From Bdellovibrionales bacterium (GTDB taxonomy: Bacteria; Bdellovibrionota; Bdellovibrionia; Bdellovibrionales; UBA1609), in contig JABSOQ010000003.1 of the NCBI GenBank assembly GCA_013216195.1, positions 38,419-102,418 on the forward strand: a stretch of 64,000 nucleotides of DNA, read 5' to 3'. Position 1 is the first letter of the stretch. Every line of letters starts with the position of its first letter. Below, piece by piece: positions 42,936-50,832 of this stretch. The notes under the pieces are model-generated. The model was not told the DNA's origin and did no database searches. It saw only the letters and a program-made list of their open reading frames with translations. The translations under genes and the position numbers were made by a program.

Positions 42936-44413
42936 TGAGCACGCAGTTTGAAATGTTAGATTTACTATTGGTTTCTCCAGCGATCGCCTTGTTTTTGGCT
43001 AGCTTGATCCCTTTGGCGATTAAAGTGTTAAGAGGCAATACTGAATCGAATTCGGTAGCTACCATTATGTACGGTTTGGTTGGTGTCGTTACAGCTATGG
43101 TTTTGACCTTAGCCAATTACGGAATCGACAAAGTCGCATTTCAAGGGGCTTTGAGGTTCGACGGTCTGTCTTTTTGGATGCAAATGGTTGTGTTGGTCGT
43201 GGCGGCCGTAACCTTGATTCTTTCTAGAGATAACCCAGCCACTAACAACAGATTGTTTTCAGAGTATGTATTCCTGCTTTTGAACTCTCTCGTCGGTATG
43301 ATGATCGTGGCTTGGTCAAACGATCTCATGAGTCTATTTATTGGTATCGAGACAATGTCTCTGTGCTTGTACATTTTGATTGCACTCTCATCAGAGCCGA
43401 GAAAGTCAAAAGAGGCGGCATTTAAGTATTTCGTATTAGGTAGTTTTGCCTCGGCTATCATGCTTTACGGCATTTCGTTTATCTACGGAACAGTAGGTTC
43501 TACTTATATTCAAGATATTACCCAGGTCTCAATACAGCTGATGAACACCAACCGACTGTTTTTGTTTGGGGTTGTGCTAACGATTCTCGGTTTGTGCTTT
43601 AAGGTCTCGGTGTTTCCGTTTCACTCATGGACACCAGATGTCTATCAGGGTGCACCGACCCCGCTTACTGCCTTTATGAGCACAGGTGTGAAGGCCGTTT
43701 CTTTAGCTTTCTTTTTGAGATTTATCGCGATGGAGGTCATCGTTTCAGAGAGAGCAATTTTGTTGATGAATGCCCTTGAGTGGTTGGCTGCCTTCACTAT
43801 TCTGGCAGGTAATATTGCGGCGATCATGCAAGATAACTTGAAGAGAATGTTGGCGTACTCAAGTGTTGCCCACTCTGGTTACGTTATGATGGGCATATTG
43901 GCTGCTGGTGTTGGTGGTGAGAGTATTTTGGGTGCCTCGGGCGTTGTTTTTTATATTGTCGCCTATACGATAATGACTTTGGGTGCCTTCGGTATTCTGG
44001 TTCTTTTTGAAAAGCGCGCTGAATCGAGTCTTGAAGTCAGCGATCTTAGCGGCTTAGGCGCAAGAAACCCTTGGGCTGCAGCTTGCATAACTATCTTTAT
44101 GTTGAGCTTGGCTGGTATTCCGCCGACGGTTGGGTTCTTTGGTAAGCTATTTATTTTCTCAGCAGCAGTGAAACAAGGCTTTTTCTGGTTGGCTGTGTGG
44201 GGTGTTATTGGTTCTGTGATCAGTGTCTATTACTATCTCAGACCCATTGTTACCATGTACATGCAGAACGATGAGGGTGCCAGTGTGCTTCAGACGAAAG
44301 GTCTGACTAGGTTGGCAATTTCCGTTTTGGCGATTTCAGTGATCGTATTCGGATTTATCGCCGAGAGCATTTATTCAACAGTTACTAGTGATTTGGCCTC
44401 TCTGTTCTTTTAA
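42935..44413 (+). CDS. nuoN: NADH-quinone oxidoreductase subunit N
   Basis: 492 aa. Contains FPFHSWTPDVYQGAPTPLTAFMSTGVK. TAATG overlap with nuoM. Confidence 0.93.
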   Translation: MSTQFEMLDLLLVSPAIALFLASLIPLAIKVLRGNTESNSVATIMYGLVGVVTAMVLTLANYGIDKVAFQGALRFDGLSFWMQMVVLVVAAVTLILSRDNPATNNRLFSEYVFLLLNSLVGMMIVAWSNDLMSLFIGIETMSLCLYILIALSSEPRKSKEAAFKYFVLGSFASAIMLYGISFIYGTVGSTYIQDITQVSIQLMNTNRLFLFGVVLTILGLCFKVSVFPFHSWTPDVYQGAPTPLTAFMSTGVKAVSLAFFLRFIAMEVIVSERAILLMNALEWLAAFTILAGNIAAIMQDNLKRMLAYSSVAHSGYVMMGILAAGVGGESILGASGVVFYIVAYTIMTLGAFGILVLFEKRAESSLEVSDLSGLGARNPWAAACITIFMLSLAGIPPTVGFFGKLFIFSAAVKQGFFWLAVWGVIGSVISVYYYLRPIVTMYMQNDEGASVLQTKGLTRLAISVLAISVIVFGFIAESIYSTVTSDLASLFF

Positions 44414-44434
44414 TAGAGGCCAAGGTGATAAATT

Positions 44435-45652
44435 CTAGATGGTGTGCTGCCTAAGAGTGGCCATCGCTGATCTAAAGCCAGTTCTTACAATTCTGTTCAA
44501 TATCTTGGGATTCAAGCTAAAGTGGTCGTAGAAGAACATTTCGTAGTCATGCGGGCTCGGGTGTATATAGATATAGTCAGTTTCTTCTTTGAAATTTGTC
44601 TTGGTGATTAAGATCTCGATCAACTTTTCTCGTTGATCTACAGGTAAATCGATCTGTTTTAGGTAACCATCTACGGTTTGTAACATAGACCTCATATCGC
44701 TTTGGTGCTTGATATGTCTTTCAATTTTTTGCTGAATGACCTGGTAAAGCGCCTGGTTGCAGATCATCGGTATTCCGTATTCGTGTAGTGAGCCCATTTC
44801 TTCATTGTAGTGATAAGGTTGAATGGAGTACGAGCTAATCACCAAATCCGCATCGTGGTCTGCTGCCACATGAGTAGAAAGAGTATCTCGAATCTCACCA
44901 TCAAAGAAATACAGTTTCTTACCTCGATGATTTACGATTCCGTAAGGTGAGAAGAAGGGCGGCAGCGAAGCCGAGGCGGCAACAGCCTCTGAAACCTTCG
45001 CATAAGAAGCATACTTCACGTCTTTGGTCTTGGTGGTTTCATTAAATGGCCCAAAAATGACTTTTCGAGAATGGTTCAGCTGGGTTGCTACAACATAAAG
45101 ATCGGCACCAAGAGCCTTAAACTCATTTGTCGGAAAGACAGACTTTCTCAAATACTTCTCGAGGTTCTTAGCCGAGAAGATGCCATTCATTTTGAACCCT
45201 TTTTTAAGCAGAACCTCTAAACCACCTGTTATTACGGGCTTTTTTTTGAACAGGTTAGGCAACAGTGAAGCTGCATCACTAGCCGAGACATTCAACGCAA
45301 AAATATCGCGGTAGGTAAGTGGCTTTAATGAGTAGTCTTTTTTTGAACTGTCATCGGTGGGTTGAACCAGTGATTCAATACCGGCTCCCCTAGTGAATGC
45401 ATCAATGATAGCCTCAATAGAATAACCTGCTGCTAAAAAGGTTGAGATCACAGCACCAGCACTTGATCCAACGTAGGTGTTAAATGTCAGAGGAGAGTCG
45501 GTGAACTTTTCTTTATCAGAGGGTGAGGGGCCACCGGCAAATTTGAAACCCTTTTCTCTAAGAGCTAAACAGACACCAATATGAAACGCCGCGGCTTTGA
45601 TGCCTCCGCCGCTCAGAACAAGTGCAATTCGTTTCTTTTCACCGAGCTTCAT
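44435..45652 (-). CDS. Patatin-like phospholipase
   Basis: Oxyanion motif LSGGGIKAAAF, nucleophile elbow GSSAGA (GxSxG), and a catalytic Asp in FFDGEIRD. Confidence 0.85.
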   Translation of the reverse strand: MKLGEKKRIALVLSGGGIKAAAFHIGVCLALREKGFKFAGGPSPSDKEKFTDSPLTFNTYVGSSAGAVISTFLAAGYSIEAIIDAFTRGAGIESLVQPTDDSSKKDYSLKPLTYRDIFALNVSASDAASLLPNLFKKKPVITGGLEVLLKKGFKMNGIFSAKNLEKYLRKSVFPTNEFKALGADLYVVATQLNHSRKVIFGPFNETTKTKDVKYASYAKVSEAVAASASLPPFFSPYGIVNHRGKKLYFFDGEIRDTLSTHVAADHDADLVISSYSIQPYHYNEEMGSLHEYGIPMICNQALYQVIQQKIERHIKHQSDMRSMLQTVDGYLKQIDLPVDQREKLIEILITKTNFKEETDYIYIHPSPHDYEMFFYDHFSLNPKILNRIVRTGFRSAMATLRQHTI

Positions 45653-45770
45653 GAACCAAATGTTAGCCTTCCGTGACCAGGCTGGCTAGGCATTTCTATA
45701 GCCTAAGGCTTTCTAAGTGCCTACTCAGACTAGTAATTTTGAGTAGCCATGAATACGCCAAATTGCAAAT

Positions 45771-45836
45771 TGACCAACTTGACCACCCGATCAGGCTAAT
45801 GTGAGTAGGTGGTCATAGTGGCTGAATAGGTGGTCA
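45771..45836. promoter_or_regulatory. Array of four TGACCAMC / GGTGGTCA 8-mers (candidate operator)
   Basis: TGACCAAC lies at 45771-45778 and TGACCACC at 45780-45787. The inverted form GGTGGTCA lies at 45808-45815 and 45829-45836, 21 bp apart. All sit in the divergent region between the patatin gene and the HTH gene. Confidence 0.4.
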
Positions 45837-45993
45837 CTGTAGGCTGGAGGGGTGTTCAACTAGCTTGAATACTGGCCCAAAGTCGCTGTCAGAGCCAGAC
45901 AGAGGTCGAATTGGATAGTCTGACTACGCTTTTTCTTTACAGCTGGAGGGCAGACTGCAATGATTGACTAGTCAAATTGAGAGGGGATTGATT

Positions 45994-46536
45994 TTGACTA
46001 ACTGGCTAACCTTATCTGACTACTCAAAAAAATACGACGTTAGTGTGTCTACACTAAGACGACGTATCAAAGGCGAGAAAGCTGAGTATCAGTTCGAGGA
46101 TGGTAAGTATCTTTTGATTGATCGCCCACTTAATGAGCACAACCCGAACACCCAAAAAGTCTCTAACCACCACCAACCAGGCTCGGCCCCCTTCGCCCCC
46201 CCACAGGAAAGCCAAGGGGTTGCCGAAGTCTCAGGTTCGACGGTAGAGCAGACATCAAAGGTTGAGGTAGCCCAGCTTGAAAAACCCCAGGAAGAGGGTG
46301 GACAGTTTTGGGTAACCGTAAATGCAATGATGAATGAACTAAAAAAGGCATACAGCCTTATTCTTCAAGAAAAAGAAGAGCAAATTCTGCAGTTGAAAGA
46401 TGAGCACTCAGATTTGCGCACCCTCGTTAGGGTTCTCGAAGAAGAAAATAAGCGCTTAAAAAATATGATTGGTAATCCAAAGTCACTTGATACTTGGCTC
46501 GAAAGATACGAACAAACTGAGTCCAAAAAATGGTAA
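45994..46536 (+). CDS. HTH (MerR/excisionase-like) DNA-binding protein with disordered linker and C-terminal coiled coil
   Basis: The N-terminal WLTLSDYSKKYDVSVSTLRRRIKGEKAEYQFEDGKYLL resembles an HTH_17/MerR-type wing. A P/Q/S-rich linker is followed by a heptad-rich C-terminus (LILQEKEEQILQLKDEHSDLRTLVRVLEEENKRLKNMI). The start is placed at the TTG at 45994, 7 nt after GAGAGGGG. The ORF-track start is the TTG at 45964. Confidence 0.6.
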   Translation: MTNWLTLSDYSKKYDVSVSTLRRRIKGEKAEYQFEDGKYLLIDRPLNEHNPNTQKVSNHHQPGSAPFAPPQESQGVAEVSGSTVEQTSKVEVAQLEKPQEEGGQFWVTVNAMMNELKKAYSLILQEKEEQILQLKDEHSDLRTLVRVLEEENKRLKNMIGNPKSLDTWLERYEQTESKKW

Positions 46537-46814
46537 CACATATACCTATGATTCGAATTTTGTTGTTTTACTTTATTATCGGTTTGCCGATACAAGTGTT
46601 CTCGAATGAGGACATACATGTACAGCAAATGAGCATCCAACAAGAGTTGTCAGCGCAAAATCTGGGTTATGAGATAATACAGACGACGAGAATGAACCTA
46701 GATGAGTACCTCGTTGAAGAAGAGAGTGTCGAGCTGGCTAGCAACCAATCTGAAGAATTGAGTAATGAAATCGACGAGCCTGTTCAGTATCATTTTCCAG
46801 ATACGGTTTTTTAG
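46530..46814 (+). CDS. Small secreted acidic protein, unknown function
   Basis: Signal-like MIRILLFYFIIGLPIQVFS followed by an E/Q-rich sequence. The ATG at 46530 overlaps the upstream stop; an alternative ATG is at 46548. Confidence 0.4.
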   Translation: MVTHIPMIRILLFYFIIGLPIQVFSNEDIHVQQMSIQQELSAQNLGYEIIQTTRMNLDEYLVEEESVELASNQSEELSNEIDEPVQYHFPDTVF

Positions 46815-46855
46815 TATTTAAAGTTCACTTACAGGCCGGGTCTTCCGCATCTCTA

Positions 46856-47353
46856 CTAGATCCAGCCTTTAGCTTTGGCCTTCTCAATTTCTTCTTTTTT
46901 CTTTCGAAAATTTTGTTCAATTGATCCCTGAGGATCTCTATCATAGAAAAAGGGCCCTATACCCGTATCTTTTTCTTCATGAGAAAAAAGCATTGCCCAA
47001 CCAAGATGCTCTGGAAAAACAAGATAGTCTGAATCATTGAGTGTTGTAGGCTTTGCTTTCACTAGAAAGACACTACCTTCTCGATAGTCCCACTTTGAGG
47101 GGTCCGGCTGCTTTCGTGGGTGATGGTGATGGTCTTCAACGACATACAGTCTACTTGCAGTTTCTCGATTGTAATAGGTACCCTGAGCCTCGGCACCCGT
47201 GCGGACTTGGATTCCGTTTAAAGTTTTGCAATCCCAAAGATAGTAGCAACCGACACTCTTTTTGAGATCTACAAAGTGATGAAACCAAAAGCCAAGGCAT
47301 TCAGAAATTTCTTTATCATTTAAGACCTTCAAAACCTTGTCTGCATCGACCAT
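46856..47353 (-). CDS. Hypothetical cytoplasmic protein (165 aa)
   Basis: The ORF has a plausible ATG and no recognisable catalytic motif. It contains an HHHH run and the segment FPEHLGWAMLFSHEEKDTGIGPFFYD, which is loosely reminiscent of DUF4275-type proteins (from memory, unverified). Confidence 0.45.
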   Translation of the reverse strand: MVDADKVLKVLNDKEISECLGFWFHHFVDLKKSVGCYYLWDCKTLNGIQVRTGAEAQGTYYNRETASRLYVVEDHHHHPRKQPDPSKWDYREGSVFLVKAKPTTLNDSDYLVFPEHLGWAMLFSHEEKDTGIGPFFYDRDPQGSIEQNFRKKKEEIEKAKAKGWI

Positions 47354-47406
47354 GCAGTATTATCAGACTTTTTTTGGGGAATGTCCCATAAAAATTCAAG
47401 CTCCTC

Positions 47407-47437
47407 AAAAAAAAGGGCCTAGTTACCTAGGCCCTTT
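47407..47437 (-). terminator. Rho-independent terminator after lon
   Basis: On the minus strand the hairpin is GGGCCTAG, loop gtaa, CTAGGCCC, followed by an 8-nt U-tract (plus-strand A-run 47407-47414). Confidence 0.8.
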
Positions 47438-47465
47438 CAGAGACAAATTTGAACTTCAGCAACGA

Positions 47466-49892
47466 CTAAGCCGCTGTTGATGAGGCCGCAGCTGGTAACT
47501 TACCTTTCTTGCCTCCTTTGGCGCCAGATGCCTTTTTGGTTTGAGCACCTGACTTATCGAAGGCTAGAGCGAAAACTTCGTCAAGGTTTTCAACAAAGAC
47601 GAAGTTTAGCTTCTGTTTGAATTCCTCTGGAATATCTTGAACATCTTTCTGGTTAGCAACCGGTAGAATCACAGTGTTGATCCCATAAGTGAGAGCTGCC
47701 AGAGCCTTTTCTTTGATACCACCAACCGGCAGTACTCTACCAGAAAGGGTGATTTCACCAGTCATTGCGATATCTTTTCTAACAGGTGTGTCTGTCATCA
47801 AGCTAATCATAGTGGTAGCCATTGTCACACCAGCCGACGGTCCATCTTTTGGTATTGCCCCAGCAGGTAAGTGAACATGAACCTCATTCTTCTGGAACCA
47901 GTCTTCTTCAATACCAAGCTCCTCATATCGAGCTCTAGCGTAAGACATCGCCGCCTGTGCTGATTCTTTCATCACATCGCCAAGTTGACCAGTAAGAGTA
48001 AGCCCACCTTTACCGTTCATCTTAAGAGCTTCTACATAAAGAACCTCACCGCCCGCTTGAGTCCAAGCCAAACCGGTAGTTATGCCGACCTGGTTCTCTT
48101 TAAGACGCTCGTCTTTTAAGAATCTCGGTGCACCAAGTAGCTCATTAACTACTGAATCTGTTACAACAACTTTCTCAGTGTGACCTGTAACTAATTTCTT
48201 AGCTACTTTTCTGCATACAGAGCCAATTTCTCGCTCAAGGTTACGAAGACCAGCCTCTTTCGTGTAGTGCGAAATCAGGTAAGCCAGACCTTCATCGGTG
48301 AATTCGATTTGCTCATCTGTCACACCGTTTTGGTCTTTTTGTCTTTGCACGAGGTGCTTTTTAGCAATGAGTACTTTGTCATTGTTAGTGTAACCAGAGA
48401 TCTGAATGGTCTCCATTCTGTCTCTCAGTGCCGGCGGTACGTTTTCGTACACGTTTGCTGTGGCAATGAACAGTACGTTACTCAAATCGAAATCTACGTT
48501 CAGGTAGTTATCTCTGAAAGTCGCATTTTGCTCAGGATCAAGAACCTCTAGCATAGCTGCACTTGGATCACCTCTAAAGTCAGAGCCAAGCTTGTCAATT
48601 TCATCCAAAACTACCACTGGGTTGTTCGTTTTAACTTGTTTAAGGGCCTGAACAACTTTTCCTGGCATAGCGCCAACATAAGTTCTTCTGTGACCACGAA
48701 TCTCAGCCTCGTCTTTTACACCACCAAGTGCGATTCTGAAGTACTCTCTACCCATGGCTTTCGCAATCGATCTACCAAGTGAAGTTTTACCAACACCTGG
48801 AGGTCCAACAAAGCACAAGATAGGCCCTTTCATATCTTTATCTTTAATCTTACGAACTGCTAAGAACTCAAGAATTCTGTCTTTTACCTTCTCAAGATCG
48901 TAGTGGTCTTCATCAAGAATCTTTTGAGCATTTTCGAGCTCAAGTGAATCTTCTGTAGACTTGTTCCAAGGCAAATCAGTCATCCAATCGAGATAGGTAC
49001 GAATCATAGATGCTTCACTAGCATCAGGGTGCATTCTCTCAAGTCTGTTAAACTGCTTAATGGCCTCAGTTTGCACATCTTCTGGCATGCCGGCGTTCAT
49101 GATCTTGTTACGTAGCTCATCCATCTCTTCAGACTTTGAATCACTTTCGCCAAGCTCATTCTTTATAGCGCGCATTTGCTCGCGTAAGAAATACTCTTTT
49201 TGAGATTTAGACATTTCGTCTTTTGCCGTGCTTCTGATCTTCGCTTGCATTTGAAGCAGATCAAGTTCTTTAACTAGAATTTCATTTACCAACTCTAGAC
49301 GATCTTTAGGATCATGAGTTTCAAGAACCTTTTGGCAATCAGAAACTTTAAGAACTAAGTTACTTGCAATCAAGTCAGCTAATCGACCTGGCTCACTTAC
49401 ATCATCAAGAACAAGTAAGATGTCAGGTGAGAGCCCATTGCCAAGAGCGATGATCTTTTCTAGTAGCTCTTTTGCATTTCGAATCAATGCTTCTTTTTCA
49501 ACAACAGGAACTTCGACCGTTGACTGCTCAAGTTTTTTAACTTTTACTTCGAAATTCGGAGAGGTTTGCTTGTATTCTAGGATCTCGCCTTTGGCTTCAC
49601 CCTGAATCAAGATTTTAACTCTTCCGTCAGAGAGTTTTCTCATTCGAATGATTGTGGCAACAGTTCCGGTCTTGTAGATCGAATCTTTTGTTGGGTTCTC
49701 TTCAGTAATTTCTTTCTGAGAAGCCAAGAAAATGAGTCTGTTGCTTTTCGATAGAGCGTCTTCGACGGCCTTGATCGAGCTTTCTCTTCCTACGTACAAA
49801 GGAAGAATCATGTAAGGAAAAACCACAATGTCTCTCACTGGGAGAAGCGGTAGTGATTCTGGGATCTCAATCTTTTTATCTTCTGTAGTCAT
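47466..49892 (-). CDS. lon: ATP-dependent Lon protease
   Basis: Walker [10 protein letters not shown] and the catalytic Ser motif [11 protein letters not shown]. The start is placed at the ATG at 49892 ([21 protein letters not shown]), with a GGAGG SD upstream. The ORF-track extension to 50036 looks non-coding. Confidence 0.95.
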   Translation of the reverse strand: MTTEDKKIEIPESLPLLPVRDIVVFPYMILPLYVGRESSIKAVEDALSKSNRLIFLASQKEITEENPTKDSIYKTGTVATIIRMRKLSDGRVKILIQGEAKGEILEYKQTSPNFEVKVKKLEQSTVEVPVVEKEALIRNAKELLEKIIALGNGLSPDILLVLDDVSEPGRLADLIASNLVLKVSDCQKVLETHDPKDRLELVNEILVKELDLLQMQAKIRSTAKDEMSKSQKEYFLREQMRAIKNELGESDSKSEEMDELRNKIMNAGMPEDVQTEAIKQFNRLERMHPDASEASMIRTYLDWMTDLPWNKSTEDSLELENAQKILDEDHYDLEKVKDRILEFLAVRKIKDKDMKGPILCFVGPPGVGKTSLGRSIAKAMGREYFRIALGGVKDEAEIRGHRRTYVGAMPGKVVQALKQVKTNNPVVVLDEIDKLGSDFRGDPSAAMLEVLDPEQNATFRDNYLNVDFDLSNVLFIATANVYENVPPALRDRMETIQISGYTNNDKVLIAKKHLVQRQKDQNGVTDEQIEFTDEGLAYLISHYTKEAGLRNLEREIGSVCRKVAKKLVTGHTEKVVVTDSVVNELLGAPRFLKDERLKENQVGITTGLAWTQAGGEVLYVEALKMNGKGGLTLTGQLGDVMKESAQAAMSYARARYEELGIEEDWFQKNEVHVHLPAGAIPKDGPSAGVTMATTMISLMTDTPVRKDIAMTGEITLSGRVLPVGGIKEKALAALTYGINTVILPVANQKDVQDIPEEFKQKLNFVFVENLDEVFALAFDKSGAQTKKASGAKGGKKGKLPAAASSTAA

Positions 49893-50074
49893 GTTGCCTC
49901 CGCTACTTTGGCGGGAAAAATCAGTCTTTGTCTCTAAGAACTGATCGGCCACGCCACGAAGGACTTTAAGTAAAAGTAGCCTTGTAGAGGTCTTGAAAAA
50001 ACAGCCTTGAGTAGGGGCCGCATGCGGCATAGGCAAGACCTATGTCCGCAATTGCACCCTCTACAAGCAAAACT

Positions 50075-50452
50075 CTACCTTGCACGTTGAATTTTGGCTG
50101 ACTCGCGTATCTCTGCACCCTCAATACTTAGACGAGTCCAAGGTATAGCCAGAAGTCTATCGTGCTCAATGTACTCTTCGGTTTCTTCGCACAAGCCATA
50201 TTGGCCGTTTTCTATTCTAGCCAGAGCAAACTCAATCTCAATCAGCTGAGTTCGAATGCGGCCTTGCGAAGCATGCATTTGATTTTCTTGTAACAGAGAA
50301 GAAGACATGTCGATCTCATCACCTTTGAACTCTCGCTCACTAAATAGCGACTTTTGTGCGTTAAACTGATTGAGCAGTTCAGCCTTTTGCTGAAGTAGTT
50401 TGTCATGGCACTGAGAGATGAGTTCTTTAGTAGGTTTGCTTGTTACTGACAT
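50075..50452 (-). CDS. DksA/TraR-family protein lacking the Cys4 zinc finger
   Basis: 125 aa. A coiled-coil N-region is followed by ALARIENGQYGLCEETEEYIEHDRLLAIPWTRLSIEGAE. This aligns with the DksA C-terminal pattern G.YG.C..CG..I...RL.A.P....C..C, but three of the four Cys positions are replaced. Confidence 0.6.
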   Translation of the reverse strand: MSVTSKPTKELISQCHDKLLQQKAELLNQFNAQKSLFSEREFKGDEIDMSSSLLQENQMHASQGRIRTQLIEIEFALARIENGQYGLCEETEEYIEHDRLLAIPWTRLSIEGAEIRESAKIQRAR

Positions 50453-50786
50453 GGCGACCCCCTTCTGGGTTGTTTGAGATGAAACGTACAGCGTTTAGCC
50501 TGAAACGCAGGCTAAGAGCCTCAGCCTTAAGGCTCTTACCTAGACATCCTGCTAGGTGCCTGTACTGACGCTTGTTTAAGTCAATCCGGTTAATCAGATG
50601 TGAAATTGATATGAATTTATTCTTAAATTGCCTGAAACCTGTATTGTTTCGATCTGAGACACTTATCCGAACATAAAAACATATATATAGAGGGCTTACC
50701 GGGAAGGCTTCATGACCAGTGGCTATACAGTGTCTACACACTGACCAGCTCAAATAGACACATGTCTTACAAGAGCTCAAAATTGC

Positions 50787-50802
50787 TGGCACCAGCGTTG
50801 CA
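50787..50802 (+). promoter_or_regulatory. Sigma54 (RpoN) -24/-12 promoter
   Basis: TGGCAC-cagcg-TTGCA matches the TGGCAC-N5-TTGCW consensus exactly. It lies 31 nt upstream of the ATG at 50833, with the GGGGAGG SD at 50820-50826. Confidence 0.75.
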
Positions 50803-50832
50803 AATTAAAAGGATCACCTGGGGAGGCAGTTT

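Noticed and set aside
44393-44423. A 9-bp hairpin, TTGGCCTCT...AGAGGCCAA, spanning the nuoN stop.
   Set aside because: It may act as a bidirectional terminator between nuoN and the patatin gene. However, no U-tract follows it in either direction and half of it is coding, so it is not listed as a feature.
44435-45652. The patatin-like phospholipase considered as a possible anti-phage effector (CBASS-type or similar).
   Set aside because: There is no cyclase, sensor, or other defence-associated partner nearby. The gene is flanked by nuoN and an unrelated divergent gene, so it looks like a stand-alone lipase.
49893-50036. N-terminal extensions offered by the ORF track for lon. The same issue applies to grpE (56810-56911), recF (8350-8376), nuoA (36954-37001), the barrel protein (31923-31991) and the small lipoprotein (62489-62545).
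   Set aside because: In each case an internal ATG preceded by a good Shine-Dalgarno begins the conserved N-terminus or the signal peptide. The extension either overlaps the upstream gene or looks non-coding.
50427-50792. A 121-aa minus-strand ORF spanning the dksA-like/repeat-gene intergenic region.
   Set aside because: It overlaps the dksA-like start, runs through the hairpin array and ends in the sigma54 promoter. Its Cys/Arg-rich composition looks odd, and it has no SD. It is treated as non-coding regulatory DNA.
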